Of a stretch of DNA of 64,000 nucleotides, positions 52,387 through 64,000 are shown in pieces. Below the pieces are notes generated by a model that was given only the letters and a program-made list of their open reading frames with translations, searched no databases and had not been told where the DNA came from. A program made the position numbers and the translations under genes. The DNA lies in NCBI RefSeq assembly GCF_006345805.1, contig NC_043011.1:23448464-23512463 (forward strand), written 5' to 3'. The first letter of the stretch is position 1. Every line of letters starts with the position of its first letter. The DNA is from Octopus sinensis (lineage: Eukaryota).

Positions 52387-52850
52387 CTACATGAACTTGC
52401 ATCATTTGGAATAAAGTACTATGATCAGGGACATAGTAGTACTTAGAGCAAGAACTGTATCTACTCTCAAGGTACCCATTAGCAACTACATGGACTTGAA
52501 TTACTATGGGTAAAGTACCACAAACATGGACACAGCACAGTACTTATAGTAAGAACATGTACCTGCTCTCGAGATGCCTAACTGTAGCTACATGGACTTG
52601 CATAACTAAGAGTAAAGTACACACAGCTGTAGACAGCACAGTGCTTGCAGCAAGAACCTGTATCTGCTCCCAAGGTCTCTAATTGTAGCTACATGGACTC
52701 ACATTACTAGGAGTAAAGTACCACAGCTATAGAGACAACACAGTGCTTACAACAAGGATCTGTCTACTTGCATGGTGCTTATTTGCAGGCACATGGACTT
52801 GCATCTTTAGGAGTGATAATACCATGGCTGTGGACACACTGCTACAATAT
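52387..52850. repeat. Degenerate ~100-bp tandem repeat, about 5 units
   Basis: CTACATGGACTT anchors at 52387, 52486, 52588, 52689 and 52789. Confidence 0.85.
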
Positions 52851-53218
52851 AACATTTGTGACAAGACACAAACCATTGGACCTTTACTGGTAGGCTGAAA
52901 GTATATTGACTTAGCCAGGTGCGAATTTCCTGTTTTTAGAATTTCTATCGCTAAGGGAATTTCCTTTATTGATTTTTTTCTTTTTTCTTTTTCTTTTTCT
53001 ATTGCAAATTTATTTTGTATTCAATGTTTGAATCAAAGTTCATTACAAAAATATACAAATATAAATACATAAATAAATACAACAAACTTACACAAACATA
53101 TTTAAATTTAAAAATCAATGAAAATACAATAATGAGTGCACACACACACACACACTCAAATATATGAATATAAAGACACTTGGCTCCTGCTACTGATATA
53201 TTTCTCTGTGTGCATATG

Positions 53219-53249
<31 letters not shown>

Positions 53250-54216
53250 ATCACACATACATAATTAATATAAAAGAGAAAATAAACTATTTTTAATGGT
53301 GAGTGAAAACATGTAAAAGAGAAGACTACATAGGTTGTAGGTTACAGGTTATAGTGGACAAGCTAAATGGAACTACAATACAAGCTACAAAGTTTTAGAG
53401 GATAGGAAGTATATTTAGTAGATTCGGGGATTAAATTCTATTTCCATAAACAGCAGTAAGGCATGAAATTCTGGTCAATTCTGAAAGCTAATCCATGCAT
53501 TATCAGTCAAATGATCCCTGATTTGCAACTTATAAGGAATACAAATGTATTTTGAAAGCAGCATGAAAAAGTCCTGGTTCAAATAAACCAGTAAGTGGAA
53601 TTAACCAAGGTAGACTGGTAGGGGTTAAAAATGCTTTCATGACAACCAACAAGTCAAGATGTAGTAATTCATGATGTAAGATATTGTCACATACATAAGC
53701 ATGCAGTTATGTACACATATAGGCTTCTGAAGTGTTAATTTTCTATTTGTATTGGAGAGAGGAGAACTTATGGTGTAACTGGTGTAATATGAGAGGGATT
53801 CACGTAGAAACACACAAAGAATTTAGTATTAAAGTTTTCAAATAGTCACCAACATTTCAATAGGGTTTCTGATCCATTTGAATGAAAATAAAAAGAAGAC
53901 ATTTCAGACTATGTGCCAAGTTTTAAAACAAAAAGGACACTATGGAATTAGATAAAATAAGGAGAAAGAACTAAGACCTCAAAATGAAGACGCTGTGAGC
54001 TAGGAGACATAGAAAGGTAATAATAATTCATTGTGAAATATATATAAATATTGTAGAATAAGAAATAGGAAGTCCTTCTCACAATATTATATATTTGATA
54101 AAATAAATTTCTGTTTACAAACCATTTATAAACACCTAATAATTTATAAACATCTAATTACTGAAGTAGAAAAATTACCAAAAAAGCTATATCTATTCAT
54201 TTTCTCAAATATATAT

Positions 54217-54449
54217 ATATAAAATACAGTGTACATTAAAACACATTAAGAGGCTTCCATCGTAGAAATCCTTTACGCTAGAAAAAACAGTTAAAGTCCA
54301 AACCACTAGATGGTAAATGTTTTTATTTTTCATTCCCTTCAAGAATTTATTCCTAATTAGTGGTTTGGACTTTAACTGTTCTTTCTAGCATAAAGGATTC
54401 CTATGATGGAAGCCTCTTAATGTGTTTTAATGTACACTGTATTTTATAT
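54217..54449. repeat. Fold-back inverted repeat, 92-bp arms, 49-nt loop
   Basis: 54217-54308 pairs with 54358-54449 with 4 mismatches, all transitions. Confidence 0.95.
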
Positions 54450-55606
54450 GAATAATATATAGTCTATTGACTTTTTTTTTTGTACGCTAGGCCACTGGTA
54501 GTAAAGATTTCTATAATTTTTATTACCCCGATATTATTTATTATATATATATATGTATATATATATACACACACACACACATACATACACTCTCACACAT
54601 ACAAGGACAGACATACACACATACTTACACACACTCACTCATACATACATACATACATACATACATACATACATACATACAAACAAACAAACAAAGTAAT
54701 ATGTCGGCACTCAGATACACTTGTAAAAATGCAGTATATAAGGGTCATTATATAAAACAAATAGAGATGTGAGCTTCATATTTTTAACAGTAATACAAAC
54801 ATTGATTAATGTGATAAACATCGCCAAATGACTAAACACACACACAGAAACTTGCTGTTACACCCTACACTTAACTCTAGCTGACCTCATGCAATGTGAT
54901 GTTATACATTATGATCTAAAGTTAACAATGAAATTGGGAAACAAGTTTAATGAATTAAGATGTAAAAATATTATATAGAAACTAGTAACTCTTCTAAATT
55001 ATTAAATAGATCTACATTAACCAACATTAAACACAAGAATTCAGACCGACCAACTCACTGTTAATTCAATTGGAAAGTAATTGTGCAAAATAAGACAGAA
55101 GATATATTTGTGATGTGGGTCTATTTTGCAGGTCTTTCTCACACATTGCTTTTCAAAGACTACATCTAATATTGTGTTCTATTGGATCCTCTCTCACAAA
55201 GCAATTTTCAGTAGTGGAATATCATGACCAGAGCATCTCTGTACACCTTGCTGCTCCAAAACCAGTCAGTTCTCTTCAGTAAACTGGCCTGTGATTTTTG
55301 TAATCTTAGTGATGCTGTTACTGATAAATGTGGTAGTGATAATTCTTTCCGGTAAGGTTAGCAGGCCCATTTTCAATGAGTTACTATGCTAACTCTGAAA
55401 ATGTTCCTTGACTTTGCATTATAATATGTTTTATTGCAATTCATTGTGACCACCCATATAGCAAACATGTACTTCCACAAATTTACTCCTTAAACAAGTA
55501 GATTTTCCATGCTGATAACAACAATGGCATCATCAAAGCATGTATATTTTGTTCACATTTTTCACGATGGTTCTAATCTTTGATGTGGTCATGTTCAAAC
55601 ACTTAC

Positions 55607-55802
55607 CCACATATGTCTGCTCTTCATCCAATATGATGCTTTTTCTTGGAACCTTAAATGAATATTTAGTACTTGGAGTCGCAGACCATTTTCCATTTCT
55701 GATGGGTAAAACATTGTGTGAACAATTTGGGTATATGTGTCTAGGTGGGAGTATGAATGACTGTGTATCATAGTTTCTTATGTTCCTTCGTATTTTCAAT
55801 TT
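55607..55802 (-). CDS. Candidate exon (KLKIRRNIRNYDTQSFILPPRHIYPNCSHNVLPIRNGKWSATPSTKYSFKVPRKSIILDEEQTYV), unknown product
   Basis: Acceptor gtttcgttag, donor gtaagt, frame open throughout. Confidence 0.5.
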
Positions 55803-56511
55803 CTAACGAAACATCCACTCCTTAATAATTTCATTTGCTAAAAATCACTTCTCCCTTCACTTTTACATTCAAGGGGTAACAGGCAGACAGCTAAGAAGAT
55901 ATTTCAGTTTCTCATTATCTTTCATTATCTTTTGACACTTTTACAGACCATTTGCACATAATCATCATCATCATTTAGCGCTTGTTTTCCATGTTGCCAT
56001 GGGTTAGATGGTTTGACTAGAACTGGTAAGCCAGAGAGCTGCCTTATGCTCCAATCTGTTCTAGCTTGGTTTCTACGACTGGATACTCTTCCTAATGTCA
56101 ACCACTCCATAAAGTGTACTGGGTGCCTTTTACATGTCACCAGCACAGGTATGTTCTACATGTCACCACAAATATTATTCTTGCTTCACATTTGAACAAC
56201 CTTCACTATGAAACAAATTCAAAGACTTGAAGCAAGAAAAGAAAAATAATGAGGTGGTACAGGCAAAAGATGAGAGAAAAACAGAGAAAATACAAGGAAG
56301 TTTAAGATAAAACTAACAAAATAAGAGGAGCCAACAGGACTGAGCCCAAACATGTAAGGATACCAACAATATCAAAAAGAAAGTCAACAGGTATGAAGAG
56401 AGAGCAAGGACAGTGAACAGAGAACTGATTACACTGTATATAATGAGGGAGAGAGAGAGAGAAATAGACAGAGGAAGAGAGAAACAAAGACGGAGAGAGA
56501 GAGAGGGAAAA

Positions 56512-56562
<51 letters not shown>

Positions 56563-57107
56563 TGCAATGAAATAAAACAAGCCAAGAACAATGGAAAGAA
56601 TATGAAGAAGAAATTCAAGAAAGGAATCATGTATGACAAGTAAACATGAACAAAGTAAACAAAGAAGTCGTTAAATTTGAGAAATATTCAAACAAGATGA
56701 CCACACCAAGGATGATTTGGTGCCCCAACGACATGACATCAGGATGAATAAGCTTCCATTTCAATAACCTCGATCTTTTTCTAGAGCATCATCATAAAGG
56801 TACTTTAACAGAATGAAAAAATGTTATGGGAAGATATAAATTTAAGCATCAAAATAAATTAAGGAAGCTTACGAATCATGTATTTCCAGATATCCTCCAT
56901 GTTGTTATAATAGTGCAGTGCTATTACAATAGTTTAGTGGCTCAGTTGTTAGCCTCAAAACTATAAGGTTGCAGGTTCAATTTCTAGACGGGTTGGAACA
57001 TTGTGCCTTTTAGGCAAAGCACTTAATTTCATGATGTTCCAATCCACTTAGCTGAAAACAGTTTGTGGCTGATGTAGATTATTATCCCAAATGACTGAAT
57101 GAGTCTA

Positions 57108-57146
<39 letters not shown>

Positions 57147-59877
57147 GCAACAATTTTATCAACAATAATGGGAGAATAAATACCCATTAATCTGTTGCGT
57201 AGTCCTAAGGAAAATACAATCTTCCAGAAATGGCTCTTAAGAGTGATAGCTGATAGTCAAGTATTAATAATATAGAATGGTGTAGAAGGAAAAAAGTCTC
57301 CTGGGGTAAAACCCATTCACCTTATGAACCTTGAGCTGCAGAGCCAAGACAACTTCTTTAGAAGTATTTTCTAAAGAAGCAGCCTATGGTGAGATTCTTT
57401 GATAAGATGACCATCAATGCTGAACATAAACAGCTAGATAGCAGAGAAAAATATCATAAAATCACATTCACCAAGAAGCAGTAAAAGTACTAAAAATATA
57501 TCATGAGGATAAATGTGGGTATACATGTATTAACAGAGTTGTTCTAAATCATTTCTATATGAAAAAAATATGAGATTCATACTTAATATTTTTCATGAAC
57601 AAGATGCTATCAAAATTTATTATTGAACTATAAATGTAGCATGCTGTTGTTTAACTACAGGTTAGATCTGTTCTAGCAGACCTATGATCTAAGGCTTCCT
57701 AAATATGACTAATCCCATATTTTTATAGATATCTTAAAATTGCAATATCTAATGTAGCTTTTCCTTTTTCTTACTCTACTGAAGTGTGATGTGAGGGAGA
57801 TTTAACTGCAATTTTTAGCAGGCTGACAGACAATGCAATGGTTCCCTCAGTGCCACAGGCATTGGATAGCATTATGAATAGACGCTGATAAATACCTATT
57901 CATGAGATAGATATAATAAGTCAAATTAAATTGTAGCAGAAAATATTCAGTTATATACATTCTCAATAATAATGTTTATTCCACAAAGTGTCCAACAGTG
58001 AGCTTTTATATATAAGTGCACTTGAGGTAATCCCTAATATATTTCTGAATCACATGTTTAGAAATGGTGCAGCAAATTCTAGTGGTACCTATACAAGACC
58101 TCAGATAGTTCTTAGAAAATTAAATGAAATTAAAGAATAACATTAAACTTTTTTATTAATATAGAACGGAAATTCATCTCTATACTTCTGACAAAGAAAA
58201 TATAAAACTGGTATAAACAGGATAACTCTAATAGCTTTCATCAGAGTGGTGAGGTCAATAAAGGAATTGACTATAAATATTTATAGGAGTTCGTTTTATA
58301 GTACATAATAAGTAATAACCACAAATAGTAGGCACAAATGTCGACCATCAAATAATGTATCCCTGGCAAAGATTTTCAACTGTCACAGGCCCAATCCACC
58401 TAAATTTTAACAGATATGATAGAGAGGAACATCTCATTTCTGAAAATATTGAGTATGATGTATAGTAGAGGATTGAGGATTGTTACATTAACATCCAGTT
58501 CTCAGGGTTCCTCCTTTAGTGGGTAAAACTGGTAACAGTTTGATGTACTTATCATGGAAGAGAGGATTCTCACAGCTGCTTAAAGTTGCAGTAGAAAATA
58601 CTCAGTATTGCAGTAGAAAACTGCAATAGAAAATACTTTTCTCAGAGAAAGGTGAAAACAAAAACCTGTGATAAAAAGATGCTGCTCAAAATAAAATCTA
58701 ATCCCGTCCCATTGAAATATTACAGTCCCCTTCAGTGAACCATCAATACCTAGACAATCCATCTTTAAGTGAAGGATCGATTACATCAAAAGAAAGTAAA
58801 GGGTCAATAAACATAATTGTTAATTATAACTGTACCAAAAAACTGAATAAATCAAGATCAAAAAATAATGCTTTGTGTCAAATTTCCTATTACCTTTTTA
58901 TAATCTATTAAAGTGAGGTAGGAGAAATAAATAGTATCTTACTTAATCAGTAATAATTACGTCCAGCCTAATCTGGTAATTACTATTTCTAGAACAAAGT
59001 AATCTACAGAAAAATAACCAAAGGAGTTAGAATATTTGTAAAAACAAATCTCTGGCACACTAAAAGCAAGGAAAGAAGTAAATTTGTGAAGAAATTAATA
59101 CAATGGATAAAGATTAATGACTAATGCCTGAAGATAGACTTTACTTATTGATCACAAATGTGCAGAAGGGTTTATGTTGAGTGTAGACTGGAGAGTCATT
59201 TTTTTAATTTTAGTTTTTATTTTACTGGTATTAGTCATTCTTTTGTAGCTGTGCTGGTGTAGTGGCCTTTAAAAGTGTACTTAATTATAAAGACCCCAGG
59301 TACTTAATTATTGGGAATTGTTACAATATTTAACCTCAGAAGTATGAGAGATCAATTTAATAGACTTAACAATTTATTATACTAGTTTTTGGTCTTTCAT
59401 ATCTTTACCTTTGAAGTACACAAAAATAGAGTAAAGATTTTCAACCATCTTATATTACAAAAGAAACAGTGAAATTTTACCAAGATTCAGAATAATTACA
59501 CCCAACTGCAATGTTGAAAAACACATTAAAAACTGACAAAAGACAATTCATAGAAAGGATACCGTTCAAGGATCAAAAGCTATCTCATATGACCTTTGAG
59601 CTTTCAACACTACCCTGAGTGTGTCTACATATTTTGGTCATCTTACCAAGAATTCCTATATGTCACTGCTCAAGTTGAATAACTATCAGCAACACTCTAC
59701 AATGAAAACAAAACCCACCTATTTTTCGTTAACTCTTTTGTCATTAATTCCAATCTTCATACACACAACTGAAAACCAAGATTTCAGTTATGGCTATTAC
59801 ATCTTCTCTCAATGGGTCCCCTCTTTTTTTTTTTTTTCTTAAATAGTAGAGAATGATTTGGGTGCTATTTTTTGGAG

Positions 59878-60212
59878 GAGAGGCATCATCATTGTTCGAC
59901 TGTGGTCGAGACAATGGAATTTACCATGCTACGCCAGTTATCACGGTCCATCATAGCATTACGGAGGTCCTGTTGCTGGATGCCTGTATCCCTGGAGATT
60001 ACATCAGGGTAGGAGAGTGTGCACCCTCTGTTATCACGAGTAGATGGCTTCCAGAGGAGAAGAGTAGGAATTGCCTCGTTTTCAGCTCTACAACAATGTC
60101 TAGCAAACTGGACCCTCCTACCTTTCACAAGAGATGGCACAGGTGGTAGTTTCCCGTATATTTGCATTTTGGTTGGATGACGCTTCCACGACAGATTTTG
60201 AGAGGCAGGCAT
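59878..60212 (-). mobile_element. 5'-truncated RTE-clade LINE 3' end
   Basis: QNLSWKRHPTKMQIYGKLPPV..LVKGRRVQFARHC.RAENEAI..LLLWKP...SYPDVISRDTG...DLRNAMMDRDNWR, ending in TGATGATG. Confidence 0.85.
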
Positions 60213-60680
60213 AATAAACATACCAAAAAGCAATTAGAGCAGACAGCATGTATTTTCTTCCTCAACAACCGTCAATACATATTTCACAAGTAAGAGCCAC
60301 AAAAAACATGTTATCTCAAAAACAACCACATTAGCTGGCCTGAGAACAATGCATAGTCTTTGACCACTCATGACATAAGAATGCCTACTGTTTTGCAGAA
60401 TATAAGTTGAACTAACTAACCACATCAACTGAATATTTGAGAATAACTTCTTTGGGTGGGAAACCTAATAAGCTAACTTGTTTAGCACTACTTCTTGCTT
60501 TATGAGTATCTTTAGTGAAACTAGTTTCATTATACACATTTAAACTAGACCCTAAATATGCTTTGTGCCCATACTGTTCTTGTAGACATTGATCTGCAAA
60601 TCTTCAGGCAGGCAATTAGTTGCAAAACTCCTATTAGTCTGGAGAAGATGGATCACACTACTTCTCCTTCTCTGACTAAT

Positions 60681-60711
<31 letters not shown>

Positions 60712-60713
<2 letters not shown>

Positions 60714-61336
60714 CCTTTCTTAATGGTAAAACCATAGGGTGTCAACTTCTAGCATAAGAGATGTCCACTTAGTGGTCATCCCTCTTATATGTATGTAATA
60801 TAATTTTTCTGAATCTTCAGATTTTTCTATATGCTAGACCACTGGTTTTAAATTGATATTAATCGAATTAATATTCAATTTTTCACCCTTATTATTTTAA
60901 ATTTAAATAATTATGTTCTCTAACCGGCAAAATTCACTGCAGAGAATTATTTTCTGCAGAATTATTTCCGGTATTTTGGCACGCCAAAACGAAGACTTTT
61001 GAAATATAATCCCAAATGTAATTGGTAGAACTATATACATGTTCAATCTCATGCGGACGTCTCGTGTATAGTTCTGCAAATTATATTTTGCTATGACGAT
61101 CACCCTGACGAGTTGCAGACATCTATGTAAGTGATTACGTAAGTGGTAACAATGAAACTAGTTTGTGATTAATCTGTATATTTTGTATCTTTTCATTTGT
61201 CTTGCTCGCTTAAGTTTTGTCGTTTTGCTAAATTTTCTTGAGAACATTCCTTTCTTAGTGGTAACACCATAGGGGGTTGACTTCTAGCATAAGAGATGTT
61301 CACTTAGTGGTCATCCCTCTTATATGTTTGTAATAT
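60712..61336 (+). mobile_element. Terminally redundant ~535-bp element with hammerhead ribozyme (retrozyme/Penelope-like)
   Basis: ~90-bp direct repeats at 60712-60801 and 61247-61336; internal HHR core at 61098-61170; TA-rich flanks. Confidence 0.65.
61098..61170 (+). ncRNA. Type I hammerhead ribozyme motif
   Basis: GATCAC(C)-CTGACGA-GTTG[34 nt]CAAT-GAAA-CTAGT-T-(T)GTGATT: both conserved boxes, helix II, palindromic helix III and helix I are present. Confidence 0.7.
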
Positions 61337-61347
61337 ATATATATAGA

Positions 61348-62178
61348 CAGGGTGCGGTGAATAAACTGTCGTCTAAATTGTGCAAAAATGAAAATACCAA
61401 AATTATATAAAAATATCTTGAAATACTAAAGAGTAAATTTATTCAATAAAATCGCCATTGGTTTCAACCACAGCCTCCAGGCAACTTCAAAATCTCCAGC
61501 AGCTCTTCTGGACGGTCTCCTTGTTTAAGTTGGTGAATGTTGCCATAATCCTTGCCTTCAGTTCACCTTTGATGTTACAAGGAGTTTTGTTCATCCCTCG
61601 CTCAACTGCGCCCCACACATAATAAACAAGTGGGTTGCAATCTGGGGAGTTAAGTGGCCAGATGTTAGAGGTTATGTGGTCAAGAAATTGTCTGACAACC
61701 ATGACTGGGTGCTCCTGCTTGTGTGGCATGGTGCAGAGTCCTGTTGCCAGACATAGGATCTTCCAACAGCCACTCTCTTGATTCAGGGCAGCACTACCTT
61801 CTCCAGGCACCTGATGTTGGTCTCCGTACTGAGTCTGAGACTGTGTAGGAAGATGAATGGAGGCATAATGTCATCATCACTAGTGATCACTCCAAACACC
61901 ATGATGTTCACAGGATGTTTGATTTTTATTACTCCTCAGATTGAAACCCAAACACTCTGAAATGTTTGTCTTGGAGCTTCTGGCACAAATGCCAAGCAGT
62001 ACAGCATATTGTTTCTAAATTTCTGGCATAATGAATTGAGTCATGGTGCTGTTTTCCTCACAGACAGTGCCCAACTGACCCTACTATACTGTATAGTTGA
62101 CAAAATCCAAAACAAAACAATGCACATGCATGGAATTAAGAATATAAAATGGTGACAATTTACCCATCGCACCCTCTG
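61348..62178 (-). mobile_element. DD37D (maT) transposon, internally deleted, both TIRs present
   Basis: Same family as 12036-13117; TIRs CAGGGTGCGGTGAATAAACTGTC and GACAATTTACCCATCGCACCCTCTG; WPLNSPDCNPLVYYVWG. Confidence 0.9.
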
Positions 62179-63373
62179 TGTGTGTGTGTGTGTGTATAAA
62201 ATATTGTACTATGTATTCATGATCCATTTGATGATACAAAACCTCAGATTTTTGCTTAATTTTGTCCCAAACACCAAATTAACAATTAAAAAGTTATTTT
62301 ACTAAATTGTTCCAAATTCTTCACTTTCAAAAATGAACACAAAAAATATAGTGTATTTCATGAAAAAACTGGTAAGAAATGGATTGAAGTTCTTTGTGAT
62401 TCTCACTGAGTCAGTTGTTAGTAACATCCATAATCTATATAGGTCTGTATATTCATTACAAATACAAATTGTGACTAATAAACCACACATCATCATTTCA
62501 TCATCATTGTTTTGATGCCCACTCATCCATGCTCCCAAGCATCGGATGAAGTTTTTTGTATGACAATGACACTTATTTACAACTACTACATGATCTCAAG
62601 ACAGACACAAGTATACACACACACACAACAAGTTCTTTCAGTTTCTGACTACCAAATCCACACACAAGGCTTTCATCACTTGGGGACAATAGTAGAAGAC
62701 ACTTTCTGCAGTTGCCAAACAGTGTGACAGAATCTAAAACCATGAAGTTAAGAAACAATCTTTTTTCCCCACACAACCACACTTTCCCCTTAATCTACAT
62801 ACTAGACTTAACAGTCTCTAACAATGCTACATCTTCCATATTGCCAAAATTTCATCCTCACAACTGGATTTCATCCTCACACAAAAAAAAGGAAGAAAAT
62901 ATATTACAGCATTAGTTAACTGCAGTCCTTCTGCAAAGCATGAACACACTCCACTTTAGAATATTGCTCATGGATCTTGACAGATACTTCTCTAAAGACA
63001 TAAATATCTGTACAAGAATTGATACTGGAAAACTAACTGATAATGTTCCACTGAATAAAACACTCCAACTCTATGAGTCATTAACAAATTTGTTTTTAAA
63101 ACTGCTCATACTCTAAAGGGATCAACCAAGGGTTACTGTGGCTGCTAAACCAATTGACTGAGAAATACATGCAGAGAAAGAAGCTTTATCTCGAAAAACT
63201 GAAAAGTACCAAGTCAAATGCCAGTTTATGAAACAGGTAAAATATGATTTTGAATGAGTAATATTTCATATAGTGTTTCCTTTTTCTATTATATAATCCA
63301 AATGAAAAGATTGTTAAAAATTTCACAGCAAGGAAAAATCAATAGAAACCGAAGTCAGACTAAATACACACAA

Positions 63374-63405
<32 letters not shown>

Positions 63406-63525
63406 CAGTATAAATTATTTTATCACGACTGTTAGGTCACAGCTAAACACAAATGCTGTAGTACACATTCATTTTAAACTATATGCACACATGATGGTAA
63501 AATATTTCTATGATCATGAGAGAGA

Positions 63526-63580
<55 letters not shown>

Positions 63581-63779
63581 TGACTGAGATGCAAGCAGGA
63601 GAATAAGTTCTAGGGTAGTTTGTTTTCTAAAGCTAAATCAGCCAGCTAAACAAGGGAGATAATTCTAAAAATATGCATGTAACTAGTTTCTTTGTGGCGA
63701 TGAGAGTGCTCTCCCCTGATATTCGATTGGGCTTTTAGGGAACTACAGAAGACGGAGCCAGCAGACAGGCAAGTCTTAC

Positions 63780-63986
63780 CACTGCATGTGGACTCTTTTT
63801 CCATACTCAAAGCCGAAGCCCACATAGTCGGAAGACTCTGGCTTAACCTAGCTCTACTTCCGCAGTCTATGTATTTTCTGGTCAAACCAAGGTGCTGGCA
63901 GTGAGGTTTGACAGAGTTTCCACAGTGAATCCGATCATTACACATGGAGATAATCTTTCCGGGAGGATAGACCTTTCTTTTGGTGT
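63780..63986 (-). CDS. Internal coding exon of an unidentified protein (xTKRKVYPPGKIISMCNDRIHCGNSVKPHCQHLGLTRKYIDCGSRARLSQSLPTMWASALSMEKESTCS)
   Basis: Acceptor atttcttttcag, donor gtaaga, 207 nt (phase 1-1) fully open, GC-rich unique sequence. Confidence 0.65.
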
Positions 63987-64000
63987 CTGAAAAGAAATCA

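Noticed and set aside
52387-52850. TPR- or ankyrin-coding repeat (period near 99-102 bp)
   Set aside because: Spacings of 99, 102, 101 and 100 break frame, and there is no ORF.
55281-55351. Plus-strand transmembrane exon NWPVIFVILVMLLLINVVVIILS with GTAAGG donor
   Set aside because: No compatible neighbouring plus-strand exons were found, and it lies close to a better minus-strand exon. Unresolved rather than excluded.
60900-61260. CpG-rich promoter with first-exon donors (GTAAGT near 61127 and 61139)
   Set aside because: The CpG content and GTAAGT motifs are better explained as part of the hammerhead-bearing repeat; both GTAAGT motifs fall in the helix II loop.
63119-63229. Arf/Arl-like C-terminus GINQGLLWLLNQL on the plus strand
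   Set aside because: No upstream GTPase motifs (P-loop, WDxGG, NKxD) were found in the window, and the similarity is too short.

Overview
This is AT-rich, repeat-dense eukaryotic DNA with no prokaryotic features. The SINE and MITE families and the (TA)n/(CA)n/(AG)n/(AAT)n/(CAT)n tracts look like an Octopus-type (coleoid cephalopod) genome; I recognised this by eye, not by database search. Most of the window is intronic or intergenic and holds at least four SINE-like families, several with clean target-site duplications and nesting. It also holds decayed DD37D (maT) and mariner transposons, piggyBac-type TTAA MITEs, a Helitron-like element, RT/RTE LINE remnants, and a roughly 11-kb decayed ~42-bp satellite field broken up by insertions. 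Scattered exon candidates, mostly on the minus strand (63.9, 55.7, 36.0, 35.2, 16.0 and 13.5 kb), point to one or more large intron-rich genes that I could not identify. The most notable hidden feature is a ~535-bp terminally redundant, hairpin-rich element at 60.7-61.3 kb carrying a near-canonical type I hammerhead ribozyme core (retrozyme/Penelope-like). A second, mutated hammerhead lies at 13.2 kb. There are also three long fold-back inverted repeats and two strong 3' splice sites followed directly by GTAA (microexon or recursive-splicing candidates). Repeat boundaries without a TSD are approximate, and all exon calls are unverified predictions.
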